Positions 54,988 to 64,000 of a stretch of DNA of 64,000 bases are shown here, one piece after another. The stretch comes from an uncultured Phycisphaerales bacterium (GTDB lineage Bacteria > Planctomycetota > Phycisphaerae > Sedimentisphaerales > Anaerobacaceae), in the NCBI GenBank assembly GCA_963772725.1, contig CAVYYI010000001.1, positions 512,001-576,000 on the forward strand, written 5' to 3'. The notes below the pieces were generated by a model, which was given only the letters and a program-made list of their open reading frames with translations, had not been told where the DNA came from and did no database searches. Position 1 is the first letter of the stretch. Each line of letters starts with the position of its first letter. The position numbers and the translations under genes were made by a program.

Positions 54988-56097
54988 GTGGAACCATTTA
55001 CACTTCTGATAAAACCTTCCGGGTCGGATTGTAACGTTGACTGCAAGTACTGTTTTTATAAAAGCAGGGCACCGGAGATAGGTTCGGGCAGGCAGAGGAT
55101 GAATGATGAAGTCCTCGAAAAGCTGGTAAAAGATTATATGAGCCTGAGTTTTCCGGTATCGGGTTTTGCGTGGCAGGGGGGAGAGCCTACACTAATGGGG
55201 CTGGATTTTTATAAAAAGGTTGTTGAACTCCAGAAGAAATATGGAAAGTCGGGACAGGTTGTCAGTAACTCGCTTCAGACTAACGGAATATTACTTAACG
55301 AAGAATGGTGCCGGTTTCTTCACGAGAATCAATTTCTTGTCGGTATAAGTATAGATGGGCCGAAGGAGATGCACGATTATTACCGCAAAGATTACAGCGG
55401 GGCGGGGACTTTCGAGCGGGTCGCAAATGCCATTAAAAGATGCAGGGAATATAATGTTGAATTTAACACGCTGACTTTGCTGAATACAAAAAACGCGGAT
55501 TATCCTGATGAGCTGTTTGATTTTCTAATATCCAACAGAATTAGATATATGCAGTTTATACCGTGCGTCGAGATTGACCCTAATAGCGGGAAGATTGCGG
55601 AATTTTCCATTACGCCGAAACAGTACGGTGATTTTATGTGCCGTTTGTTTGACCGCTGGTATGAATATGGCTATAAGAAACTTAGCATCAGGGATTTCGA
55701 TTCGGTTCTCTCTTACTGCATGCAGGGGCGACATACGATATGCACATTCGGCAGACTGTGCAGTGATTACATTGTAATTGAGCATAACGGGGACGCATTT
55801 TGCTGCGATTTTTTTGTTGAACCTAAATGGCGGCTTGGCAACATTTTTGAAACGCCGATAGAAAAGCTTGCCGGGTCAGTGAAGAAAAAAGAATTTTCCC
55901 GCGAAAAGCAACACCTTTGCAATAAATGTCTTGTTTGCGCTCGTCTTGCGGTTTGCCGCGGCGGATGTATGAAAGATAGAACCCCATTTGGCAGGGAAAA
56001 TTTTAACAGGGAAAGTTATTTCTGTGAAGGCTATAAAAAATTCTTTGAGTACACTCTGCCCCGCTTTATGCAGATTGCAGCCAGGATAAAGGTTTAA
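54988..56097 (+). CDS. Anaerobic sulfatase maturase (radical SAM/SPASM)
   Basis: CNVDCKYC, WQGGEPTL, QTNG, Cys-rich SPASM C-terminus. Confidence 0.9.
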   Translation: MEPFTLLIKPSGSDCNVDCKYCFYKSRAPEIGSGRQRMNDEVLEKLVKDYMSLSFPVSGFAWQGGEPTLMGLDFYKKVVELQKKYGKSGQVVSNSLQTNGILLNEEWCRFLHENQFLVGISIDGPKEMHDYYRKDYSGAGTFERVANAIKRCREYNVEFNTLTLLNTKNADYPDELFDFLISNRIRYMQFIPCVEIDPNSGKIAEFSITPKQYGDFMCRLFDRWYEYGYKKLSIRDFDSVLSYCMQGRHTICTFGRLCSDYIVIEHNGDAFCCDFFVEPKWRLGNIFETPIEKLAGSVKKKEFSREKQHLCNKCLVCARLAVCRGGCMKDRTPFGRENFNRESYFCEGYKKFFEYTLPRFMQIAARIKV

Positions 56098-57887
56098 CTG
56101 CGGGCCTGGCTGAGTATAAGGTCTTTAACCTTTTGACTCGGCAGATTCAATGAGCCAAACGCTCCGGCGGCGGCGCTGCGTAAAGCAGGGTTGGCATCCT
56201 TGGAACTGATTAGCGAATAAATAGCGTCCACTTCGTTGCTGAGCAGGTTGCCGTTAAATTTCGCTGATATGGCCAGCGATTTAAACGCCTCAATTCGAAT
56301 ATTTTCGGAATTAGAATCTTTAAGAGCCATCGCGGCAATCGCGCGTTGTGCTTCCGGTGTCTTTAGATGTGCCAAAATCTCACCGGCGAGAATCTGAATC
56401 TCAGGCCGTTTATCTTTGGTCGCTTCTATAAGAGTATCCTGTGCAGTTGATAAATCAATGACCGGATTTTCAGTCTGTGCAATCTGAAGCATCGCTTTGG
56501 CGGCACGGACGGCATAACTGTCCGCAAGTTTGGCGTTCCATAATCCTTTGGTCTGGCCGGCTTTTTCCGCTGTTTCCCCGATAGCCGCCGCGAGGTTATC
56601 TACGACACCTTTGCTTTCAGGGAATCGCTCCTTGGGCCCCGCCAGTGCTATCGCTATCGCCGCGCTGTATTTCACGGCCTTATCGTCAAAGGTTAAGGCA
56701 TCAGTCAGAGGCTGGCCCGGCCCAAGCTGATAAAGCAAAGTTTTTTCGCCCGCTGTTGCGGACAGTGCCTCAACCGCTCCCAGTGCAACATAAGCGTCTT
56801 TATCTTTAATCGCCCGGGAAAGTGCCTGGTAGAGGTACTCTGGGCCTGCTGTTGTCGCGTAAGTCATCGTGTCGGCGTGGTTGGCGCCGAAATAAGCCGG
56901 CATCTTCACGCCCGTTGATTCAGCCTTGAAAAAGCTGGCAATCCAGAGACCGATTGCCTGACCGTAATTAGGGTCAGCCTTAAGCGCCCATTCGCACGAG
57001 CGCATCGCCATAAGCTCATAAAAATATCGCTTGTCAACCTGCTCACGGCTCAGCCGTTTGTTTGCGGTGTCCCAGAACCATATATTGCCGAAATTGGCGT
57101 CCTCGGCGGGTGCTAACGATTCAGAATGATAATAATAATTGTCTGCAAGCTGGTACAATAATTGCGCTGTCGGAAGATTCTGTGCCGCCGGGTCAATTTC
57201 CTTTATGCTTTCTTCTGCGAGTTTTTTGAGTTCAGCGGAACTGTCTTTTTCAACAACATATTTCAGATAACCAAGCGATTGAGGGTACCCAATTTTCCCA
57301 AGCGCCTTTATTATCTCAGCTTTTACGTCTATGTTATCCGTCTGCAGCGCCGCTGTCAGCGGCCTTATCGAATCTTTTCCTATCTGGGGAAGCGCCCATA
57401 AGACGTTTGACAATTCCTCTTTGTTTGGATTGCTTGCTATCGCCTCTAACATGTGCGGTATCGCGTATTCGCCGGCGTTTTGAAGCCGCTTGACCGCCGT
57501 CAGCCTCCCGCGGTCTGTGGTGCTTAATCTTTTTATTTCATCTATAATAACTTTCGGGTCGGTTCTGCGGACGAATTTCCCCTTTTCGATAATGTCTAAT
57601 ATATTACCTGTCAGTTCGGTAAGTTCCTTGTCTGAAGCTGTCTCCTTGACCCTCAACATTATGTCATAACCCTGCGGATTAGACTCGCTAAGCTCGAGCA
57701 GAGCTACTGGGTCGGGATTGCTGCCAAGAACCGCCTTGGCATAACCCTTGGCCAAATCCAGGCGGCCTATCGCGGTATAGTGCAGAAAATCATTCCAGTT
57801 TCCTTCCAGGCTTTGCTCTGCGGCAATACTAATTGTTGTAACCAGACCTAATGCCAAAATTGCCGCGACAGTCCTTTTGATAGACAT
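56094..57887 (-). CDS. Secreted HEAT-repeat protein
   Basis: Signal peptide and HEAT-like repeats (KAEIIKALGKIG, VKYSAAIAIA). Confidence 0.8.
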   Translation of the reverse strand: MSIKRTVAAILALGLVTTISIAAEQSLEGNWNDFLHYTAIGRLDLAKGYAKAVLGSNPDPVALLELSESNPQGYDIMLRVKETASDKELTELTGNILDIIEKGKFVRRTDPKVIIDEIKRLSTTDRGRLTAVKRLQNAGEYAIPHMLEAIASNPNKEELSNVLWALPQIGKDSIRPLTAALQTDNIDVKAEIIKALGKIGYPQSLGYLKYVVEKDSSAELKKLAEESIKEIDPAAQNLPTAQLLYQLADNYYYHSESLAPAEDANFGNIWFWDTANKRLSREQVDKRYFYELMAMRSCEWALKADPNYGQAIGLWIASFFKAESTGVKMPAYFGANHADTMTYATTAGPEYLYQALSRAIKDKDAYVALGAVEALSATAGEKTLLYQLGPGQPLTDALTFDDKAVKYSAAIAIALAGPKERFPESKGVVDNLAAAIGETAEKAGQTKGLWNAKLADSYAVRAAKAMLQIAQTENPVIDLSTAQDTLIEATKDKRPEIQILAGEILAHLKTPEAQRAIAAMALKDSNSENIRIEAFKSLAISAKFNGNLLSNEVDAIYSLISSKDANPALRSAAAGAFGSLNLPSQKVKDLILSQARS

Positions 57888-58004
57888 CAAAAATCTCCCT
57901 AAAATTTGTTATATAAATGCTAAATTCAATCACCGCTCGCAGTTTTCTTTCATCACTGCTTAAAAACAGCCATTTTCACAGCGAGAACTGAGCCGTAAGT
58001 CGTA

Positions 58005-58033
58005 ATTATACCTAAAAACAGGCTTTTTGTCAA
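58005..58033 (-). promoter_or_regulatory. Consensus sigma70 promoter for the HEAT-repeat gene
   Basis: TTGACA-17 nt-TATAAT. Confidence 0.8.
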
Positions 58034-58131
58034 CAGAAAACCATTACCCCCATATATAAAAAAATTCCTGACTCTTTTCATTCCTCCTCTCTTTCCATAC
58101 CCCCTCAAACCTCAGTGGCTAATCTGTACCG

Positions 58132-58356
58132 TTAAAAATACGGAAAGTAGCTCTGCCTTAATGGATATGGATTATTATTGGGCCCCACGTTTCCCTGCAT
58201 AACGGCCAGTACTATAAGCAACAGCAATAAGGCTGTTATACCCGTAATAATCCAAAATTCCGGATTATGAACCAGCCGCTTAATACCGGATGCAGCTTCG
58301 TTCCACCACCTTATATCGGTATGGTGAAAGCCCCTTTTTAAGTGTAAGGTATACAT
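58132..58356 (-). CDS. Small single-TM hypothetical protein
   Basis: SD AAGGGGAG before ATG; one hydrophobic helix. Confidence 0.55.
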   Translation of the reverse strand: MYTLHLKRGFHHTDIRWWNEAASGIKRLVHNPEFWIITGITALLLLLIVLAVMQGNVGPNNNPYPLRQSYFPYF

Positions 58357-58578
58357 TTTTTGTTCTCCCCTTAATTCGTCCATCAATTTTCATTGTAAAA
58401 ACCCTGTTTTTTCTCCACCTCACCATTTTCTCTATTTTTTATACGCCCCCGTATTAAATGAGTTCGGTTTGAAAACGAATCCGTAACGAACGAAACGAAA
58501 AAAAGGTTTTAAAAATCTACGTAACGAAAGACCCTGACTGAAAATAACCCTTTGATTTTGGTTTGTGCCTTTGCCTGT

Positions 58579-58646
58579 TACGTATACGTATACGTAGTAA
58601 TATATATTATATATTACGTTACGTACGTATACGTATACGTTACGTT
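58579..58646. repeat. Alternating purine-pyrimidine palindromic tract
   Basis: (TACGTA)3 + GTAATATATA-T-TATATATTAC + GTTACG + (TACGTA)2 TACGTT. Confidence 0.85.
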
Positions 58647-58759
58647 AGTCGCCCTTTTTTTTCTGCTCCTGACTTTTCTCCCGATTTCCCTTTGTTTTTG
58701 CAGTTCTTCCTGTTTTTTTTGGTTCTTTAGATGTTTTTCAGAACGATAAAGAAAAATGC

Positions 58760-58809
58760 TTGCATTATAAAATTTATATATTACTATGTGAACATATAAT
58801 CATATAGTA
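58760..58809 (+). promoter_or_regulatory. ars promoter with overlapping ArsR-type operator
   Basis: TTGCAT-16-TACTAT; inverted repeat TACTATGTGA-N8-TCATATAGTA (58782-58809). Confidence 0.65.
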
Positions 58810-58822
58810 AGTATTATGGAAT

Positions 58823-59159
58823 ATGAAAATGCTCGAACAAGAAAAAAAAGCTGGTATTTGAAAAACAGGCTGAGATTGTAAAGGCCATATCACATCCGGT
58901 ACGAATCGCGATACTCGATTTTCTCAAAGACGGTGAGCAATGTGTATGCGATATCGCCGATTATGTCGGCTCGGAACGTTCAAACGTTTCGCATCATCTT
59001 TCAGTTATGGTTAATGCCGGCATACTCGAATATCGCAAGGATGGACTCAATGTAATTTACAGGCTCAAAGCTCCGTGCATCCTCGATTTCTTTTCATGCA
59101 TAAGCACCTGCCTCAAAGAACAGTTGCAGGAAAATGGAGAATTGTTAAAGAGTTTGTAA
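58823..59159 (+). CDS. arsR: ArsR/SmtB-family repressor (absent from the ORF track; indel in the A8 run at 58842-58849)
   Basis: Frame from 58851 reads LVFEKQAEIVKAISHPVRIAILDFLKDGEQCVCDIADYVGSERSNVSHHLSVMVNAGIL... Confidence 0.9.
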
Positions 59160-59173
59160 TCTGGAGATTGTTG

Positions 59174-60487
59174 ATGGATTGGAAAAATGAATGGAAAAAA
59201 TTCGCGGCCATTGTAGCGATTTTTGTTGTTGCCTATACCTTGCCACTCGGTAATCCTAAAGTCAGCAATGCCGTTCTCGAAGCGTTCAGGCTTCTTCAAT
59301 GGTATGCAATAAATCATACGCTGGCCTGTGTCGTGCCTGCGATGTTTATCGCCGGGGCGATATCGACTTTTCTTTCACAGGCGTCTGTAATGCGTTATCT
59401 TGGCCCTCGCGCAAACCGTCCGCTTGCCTATTCGGTGGCATCTGTCGCAGGCGTTATCCTTGCCGTATGTTCATGCAGCGTTTTACCAATGTTTGCCGGC
59501 ATTTATATGATGGGCGCAGGTCTTGGCCCTGCAAGCGCGTTCCTTTATTCCGGCCCAGCCATAAACATCATGGCGATTTTTCTCTCAGCACGCGTTCTCG
59601 GTTTCGACCTCGGTGTTGCTCGTGTCATTGGTTCAGTTGGCTTTGCATTTATAATTGGCCTTATGATGGCTTTAATATTTCGACATAGCGAAAAAAAACG
59701 TGTTGAAGCAGCAATGCAAATGCCCCCGACGCCTCACAATCCCCGGCCTTTGTGGAAAACCACGTTGTATTTTCTTTGCATGATTTTGTTTCTTATATTC
59801 AGCGACTGGTACAATACCAATGACGTTACAATCGCGATGAACGATGGAACCAGAATTACTGCCAACGTACGCTACTCAACACAGGACGCCCTCGATGTCC
59901 GCCAGTATAGTCCTGAAGGCAAACTTTTAACGGACACCGTTCGGCTCCAACGTTCAAACATCACTTCGATAGAACCCGTACCGAGCTTCACAATGACAGT
60001 AAATGGAATAAAATGGTATCTTGCCGGCGTTATGGGTTTGGCCGTACTTTTAATGGCTTGGAAATGGTTCGAGCGTGATGAAGTAAAACAGTGGATGCAC
60101 GCAACTTGGGATTTCGGCATGATGATTGTGCCATTATTATTTGGCGGTGTTTTCATTACGGGCTTTATCAGTGCGCTTATTCCCGAAAAATATGTCGCAG
60201 GTCTGGTAGGTGGCAACAGCTTACAGTCCAATTTTATCGCCTCTTTTGTCGGAATGTTGTGGTATTTCGCCACGCTTACCGAAATTCCAATTGTGGAAAT
60301 GCTTATGCGTCTGGGAATGGGAAAAGGACCGGCACTTGGATTGCTTTTGGCTGGTCCCGCGTTATCATTGCCCAGCATTTTGGTTATATACAAAGTTATC
60401 GGCTGGAAAAAGACCTTCGTCTTTTGCTTCCTTGTAGTCTTTATGTCCACAATTTGTGGTATGATTTTTGGAATGTTTTATAAATAG
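59174..60487 (+). CDS. arsP: ArsP/DUF318-family permease
   Basis: LAVCSCSVLPMFAGIY, FLYSGPAIN, YFATLTEIPI, LAGPALSLPS. Confidence 0.85.
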   Translation: MDWKNEWKKFAAIVAIFVVAYTLPLGNPKVSNAVLEAFRLLQWYAINHTLACVVPAMFIAGAISTFLSQASVMRYLGPRANRPLAYSVASVAGVILAVCSCSVLPMFAGIYMMGAGLGPASAFLYSGPAINIMAIFLSARVLGFDLGVARVIGSVGFAFIIGLMMALIFRHSEKKRVEAAMQMPPTPHNPRPLWKTTLYFLCMILFLIFSDWYNTNDVTIAMNDGTRITANVRYSTQDALDVRQYSPEGKLLTDTVRLQRSNITSIEPVPSFTMTVNGIKWYLAGVMGLAVLLMAWKWFERDEVKQWMHATWDFGMMIVPLLFGGVFITGFISALIPEKYVAGLVGGNSLQSNFIASFVGMLWYFATLTEIPIVEMLMRLGMGKGPALGLLLAGPALSLPSILVIYKVIGWKKTFVFCFLVVFMSTICGMIFGMFYK

Positions 60488-60496
60488 GAATACAAA

Positions 60497-60730
60497 ATGA
60501 AAAAAATACAAATACTCGGCACAGGCTGTCCGAAATGTAAAAAGCTGGCTGAAAACGCCGAAGCCGCCGCCAAAGAACTCGGCATCGAGTACCAGCTCGA
60601 AAAGGTTACGCAGATAAACGAGATAATGGCTTTCGGTATCATGATGACCCCGGCTTTAGCGGTAGATGGTCAGGTAAAAATGGCGGGTAAAGTCGCTTCG
60701 CCTGAAGATATTAAAAAGATGTTGTTATAG
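60497..60730 (+). CDS. Small redox-active disulfide protein (MTH895-like thioredoxin family)
   Basis: ILGTGCPKC...MMTPALAVDG. Confidence 0.9.
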   Translation: MKKIQILGTGCPKCKKLAENAEAAAKELGIEYQLEKVTQINEIMAFGIMMTPALAVDGQVKMAGKVASPEDIKKMLL

Positions 60731-60748
60731 AAAAAGGAGCATTTGTTT

Positions 60749-61225
60749 ATGAATAAATCAGTAAAAATTGTAATTGTTGTTGCCTTAATTGTAGTTGTGG
60801 GCGCAGTTTTTGCTCTAAAGCAAAAAGATAAATCTTCAGTTTCTAAACCTGTTGCGGTAACAAATTCAAACTCAAATACAGCAACAGAAAGCAAACCGCT
60901 GAATTTTGAAAGTTCAAAATCAACAGATGCAATCGTCAATTTGCCTCGCCTTGTCGATTTCGGCGCGGGAAAATGCATCCCATGCAAGATGATGGCACCC
61001 ATTCTTGAAGAACTGAAAAAGGAATATGCAGGCGTATTGAAAGTTGATTTTATTGACGTTTGGGAAAATCCAAACGCGGGTCAGCAGTACGGAATAAATG
61101 TTATTCCCACACAGATATTTTACGACTCCACTGGTAAAGAACTGTTTCGTCATGAGGGATTTTTCTCGAAGGAAGATATCCTCGCCAAATGGAAGGAACT
61201 CGGTTTCGAGATGAAGAAAAAATGA
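60749..61225 (+). CDS. Membrane-anchored thioredoxin
   Basis: N-terminal TM, CIPC active site, IPTQIF. Confidence 0.88.
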   Translation: MNKSVKIVIVVALIVVVGAVFALKQKDKSSVSKPVAVTNSNSNTATESKPLNFESSKSTDAIVNLPRLVDFGAGKCIPCKMMAPILEELKKEYAGVLKVDFIDVWENPNAGQQYGINVIPTQIFYDSTGKELFRHEGFFSKEDILAKWKELGFEMKKK

Positions 61226-61923
61226 TGCAGGAACTATTTACAACACTTACCCATGCAGTCGAAAGTACGCCTCTTGTTGCATTGTCTGCGGCATTTATCT
61301 GGGGCATCTTGAGCGTTGTTCTCAGCCCGTGCCATTTAGCCAGCATTCCATTGATTGTCGGCTTCATTGATGAGCAAGGCAGAATCTCCACCAGGCGCGC
61401 ATTCTGGATTTCAACACTCTTTGCCGTCGGCATCCTCATAACAATCGCGGCTATCGGAGCCATTACCGCTGCGGCAGGCAGAATGATGGGTGACATTGGA
61501 AAATACGGCAACTACTTTGTCGCATTAATCTTTTTCCTTGTTGGGCTTCATTTACTCGACATAATACCCGCTCCGTGGTCAGGCCCCGGCAATATCGGCC
61601 TCAAGCGTAAAGGAATGCTCGCAGCTCTTATTCTCGGCCTTGTCTTCGGTATCGCTCTTGGCCCATGCACCTTCGCGTACATGGCTCCGATTCTCGGCGT
61701 AACATTCAAAGTCGCATCCAACAATTTACTCTACGGAATTTTGCTTCTCCTCATGTACGGCATCGGCCATTGTTCAGTGATAATTTTAGCTGGCACTTTT
61801 ACAGAGTTTGTCCAGCAATACCTGAACTGGAACGAAAAATCCAAAGGTGCCATAATACTTAAAAAAATCTGCGGAGTCCTCGTCCTCGCCGGAGGTGTCT
61901 ATCTGATTTATGCGGCGCCATAA
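61222..61923 (+). CDS. ccdA: CcdA/DsbD-type transmembrane electron transporter
   Basis: LSPCHL and LGPCTF Cys motifs in a 6-TM protein. Confidence 0.88.
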   Translation: MMQELFTTLTHAVESTPLVALSAAFIWGILSVVLSPCHLASIPLIVGFIDEQGRISTRRAFWISTLFAVGILITIAAIGAITAAAGRMMGDIGKYGNYFVALIFFLVGLHLLDIIPAPWSGPGNIGLKRKGMLAALILGLVFGIALGPCTFAYMAPILGVTFKVASNNLLYGILLLLMYGIGHCSVIILAGTFTEFVQQYLNWNEKSKGAIILKKICGVLVLAGGVYLIYAAP

Positions 61924-61958
61924 TAACTTTATAAATGCTTAACATTGAGGTAAATAAA

Positions 61959-62780
61959 ATGAATGAAAAAGAAATTAAAAAAATAGTACAGGAAAGTTAT
62001 CGAAAAGTTGTTAGCTCGCCGAGTAATTGCGATTCCCATGGTTGTTGCTGCGGTGGGGCGGCTTCGGCGAAAACCATCAGCGAAAAAATCGGATATACCC
62101 AGGAAGATATGCAAAATGTACCCGAAGGCGCAAATCTTGGTTTAGGCTGTGGAAATCCCATCGCTTTGGCCTCTCTTAAGCAGGGCGAAACAGTCCTTGA
62201 TTTGGGTTCGGGTGCGGGATTCGATTGCTTTCTCGCTGCCAATAAAGTCGGCCCGACCGGAAAAGTCATTGGTGTTGACATGACCGCCGAAATGGTCGAA
62301 AATGCAAGAAAAAATGCCGCCAGCGGTAGCTACGCGAATGTTGAGTTTCGTCTTGGAGAAATTGAAAATCTGCCTGTCGATGACAGTTCGGTTAATATCG
62401 TAATTTCCAACTGTGTTATTAATTTAGTGCCTGATAAAAACACAGCCTTCAAAGAAGCATATCGTGTGTTGACACCCGGCGGTCGGCTTATGGTTTCCGA
62501 TGTGGTTTTGCTTAAAACACTTCCCAAAGCGATACGTGATTCCGTTGAAGCGTATGTGGGTTGTCTGTCTGGAGCCATGATGAAAGACGATTATCTCGAA
62601 GTAATTTCAAAGGCCGGTTTTAAGAATATAAAAGTTTTCGAAGAAAACGCCTTTCCTCTTGATGTTATGGCAAATGACCCCACCGCAAAAGCAATTCTCG
62701 ATATGCCAAAAGTATCCGCTGAAGATATGAAATCAGCGGCAAATTCGGTTGTCAGCATAAAAGTTTACGCGGAAAAGTAA
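61959..62780 (+). CDS. arsM: Arsenite S-adenosylmethionine methyltransferase
   Basis: [33 protein letters not shown]. Confidence 0.93.
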   Translation: MNEKEIKKIVQESYRKVVSSPSNCDSHGCCCGGAASAKTISEKIGYTQEDMQNVPEGANLGLGCGNPIALASLKQGETVLDLGSGAGFDCFLAANKVGPTGKVIGVDMTAEMVENARKNAASGSYANVEFRLGEIENLPVDDSSVNIVISNCVINLVPDKNTAFKEAYRVLTPGGRLMVSDVVLLKTLPKAIRDSVEAYVGCLSGAMMKDDYLEVISKAGFKNIKVFEENAFPLDVMANDPTAKAILDMPKVSAEDMKSAANSVVSIKVYAEK

Positions 62781-62793
62781 TGGAGATTTGTTT

Positions 62794-63852
62794 ATGAAAT
62801 CAAAAGTAGCCTCACGATTATCGTTCCTCGATAGATACCTTACCATATGGATTTTCGCCGCGATGGCCTTCGGTGTCGGCTGCGGTTATTTTTACCCGGC
62901 GATAGTAAATTTCTGGAACAAATTCCAATACGACACAACCAACATTCCGATAGCGATCGGCCTGATTCTCATGATGTATCCGCCGCTGGCAAAAGTTAAA
63001 TACGAGGAATTCGGCGGAGTCTTTCGCGATTATAAAGTGCTTGGCCTGTCACTCGTGCAAAACTGGGTCATAGGCCCCATACTAATGTTTCTGCTGGCGA
63101 TAGTGTTCCTGCGCGGATACCCCGATTACATGGTCGGCCTTATCCTCATCGGCCTTGCCCGCTGCATCGCCATGGTTATCGTATGGAATACCCTGGCTGG
63201 CGGTGACACCGAATACGCCGCCGGTCTTGTCGCATTCAATTCCATCTTTCAGGTGCTGTTTTTCTCTGTCTATGCATGGATATTCATAACGGTTTTACCC
63301 CCGCTCGTAGGCCTCAAAGGTTCCGTTGTCGATGTATCCATTTCGCAGATAGCTAAAAGCGTCTTCATCTATCTCGGCATCCCTTTTATCGCCGGTATCA
63401 TAACGCGTTTTTCGCTTATAAAGCTGAAAAATAAAACATGGTATCAGGATAAATTTATTCCGAAAATTAGCCCGATTACTCTCATTGCTCTGCTGTTCAC
63501 TATTTTTGTTATGTTCAGCCTCAAGGGCAATTTCATCGTCTCCCTCCCGCTTGATGTCCTGCGCATAGCCGTACCCTTACTGATTTATTTCGTCGTGATG
63601 TTTCTCGTAACATTTATTATGAGCGCAAAATTAGGAGCAGGCTACGCCAAATCCGCCACGCTGTCCTTCACCGCCGCCTCGAACAATTTCGAGCTTGCCA
63701 TCGCCGTCGCTGTCGCCGTCTTCGGCATAAATTCAGGCCAGGCCTTCGCCGCCGTCATCGGCCCACTCGTAGAAGTCCCCGTCCTTATCAGCCTGGTAAA
63801 CGTCTCTCTATGGCTCAAAACCAAATACTTCCCAACCCCCGAACCAACTTAA
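62794..63852 (+). CDS. acr3: Acr3-family arsenite efflux transporter
   Basis: [43 protein letters not shown]. Confidence 0.95.
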   Translation: MKSKVASRLSFLDRYLTIWIFAAMAFGVGCGYFYPAIVNFWNKFQYDTTNIPIAIGLILMMYPPLAKVKYEEFGGVFRDYKVLGLSLVQNWVIGPILMFLLAIVFLRGYPDYMVGLILIGLARCIAMVIVWNTLAGGDTEYAAGLVAFNSIFQVLFFSVYAWIFITVLPPLVGLKGSVVDVSISQIAKSVFIYLGIPFIAGIITRFSLIKLKNKTWYQDKFIPKISPITLIALLFTIFVMFSLKGNFIVSLPLDVLRIAVPLLIYFVVMFLVTFIMSAKLGAGYAKSATLSFTAASNNFELAIAVAVAVFGINSGQAFAAVIGPLVEVPVLISLVNVSLWLKTKYFPTPEPT

Positions 63853-63902
63853 TCCAGATATTAACCGCGAACGAATACTGACGGAATTGATGATTACTTT
63901 AC

Positions 63903-64000
63903 AATCTGTGAAAATCTGCGTTAATCTGCGGATAAAAAAAATAATCAGTGAAATCAGCGTAATCAGTGATAAAAAATTGTTTTTCTCTGCGTTCTCTGTG
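63903..64000. repeat. Short 9-10-nt modular repeats (AATCTGYG, AATCAGYG, TTCTCTGYG)
   Basis: Seen directly; same style as 32094-32125 and 32755-32806. Confidence 0.65.

Noticed and set aside
57930..57995. Riboswitch in the HEAT-gene leader
   Set aside because: Only a weak hairpin, with no recognisable aptamer motif.
58552..58749. 65-aa ORF with YVYVYV repeats
   Set aside because: Translation of the palindromic tract; no SD and an implausible composition.
59075..59173. N-terminal extension of the ArsP ORF
   Set aside because: Overlaps the arsR 3' end; the SD-preceded ATG at 59174 is the better start.

Overview
Bacterial chromosomal segment, most consistent with Planctomycetota (short 111-nt 5S rRNA, 23S-5S operon with no linked 16S, PVC-type hypothetical proteins; taxonomy is inferred). 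Housekeeping genes: rpsT, rnr, pcrA/uvrD, nrnA, ahcY, bioY, archaeal-type aroA'/aroB', rsmD, cca. RNA genes: tRNA-Ile/tRNA-Ala/23S/5S and a tRNA-Ile2. Other content: three IS5-family elements, a MITE, three metal(loid) loci (HflK/HflC/HflK + P1B-ATPase + ABC cluster, CsoR-controlled Cus-type RND, ars operon) and many short modular intergenic repeats. Most notable: (1) a ~600-bp DUF4160/DUF2442 toxin-antitoxin-like cassette between two 89-bp direct repeats made of the 3' part of the 5S rRNA gene plus its terminator. The displaced 5S fragment carries a compensatory stem change and was later split by a MITE, itself hit by IS5. This suggests 5S rRNA served as an integration site. (2) A SPFH trio coupled to a metal P-type ATPase and an ABC module, with no ftsH in the window. 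(3) A 2-kb accessory block wrapped in nested, mirror-ordered repeat modules. Many frameshifts cluster at ~13-18 kb and ~31-43 kb and are probably consensus errors. No database searches were run; family calls come from recognised motifs.
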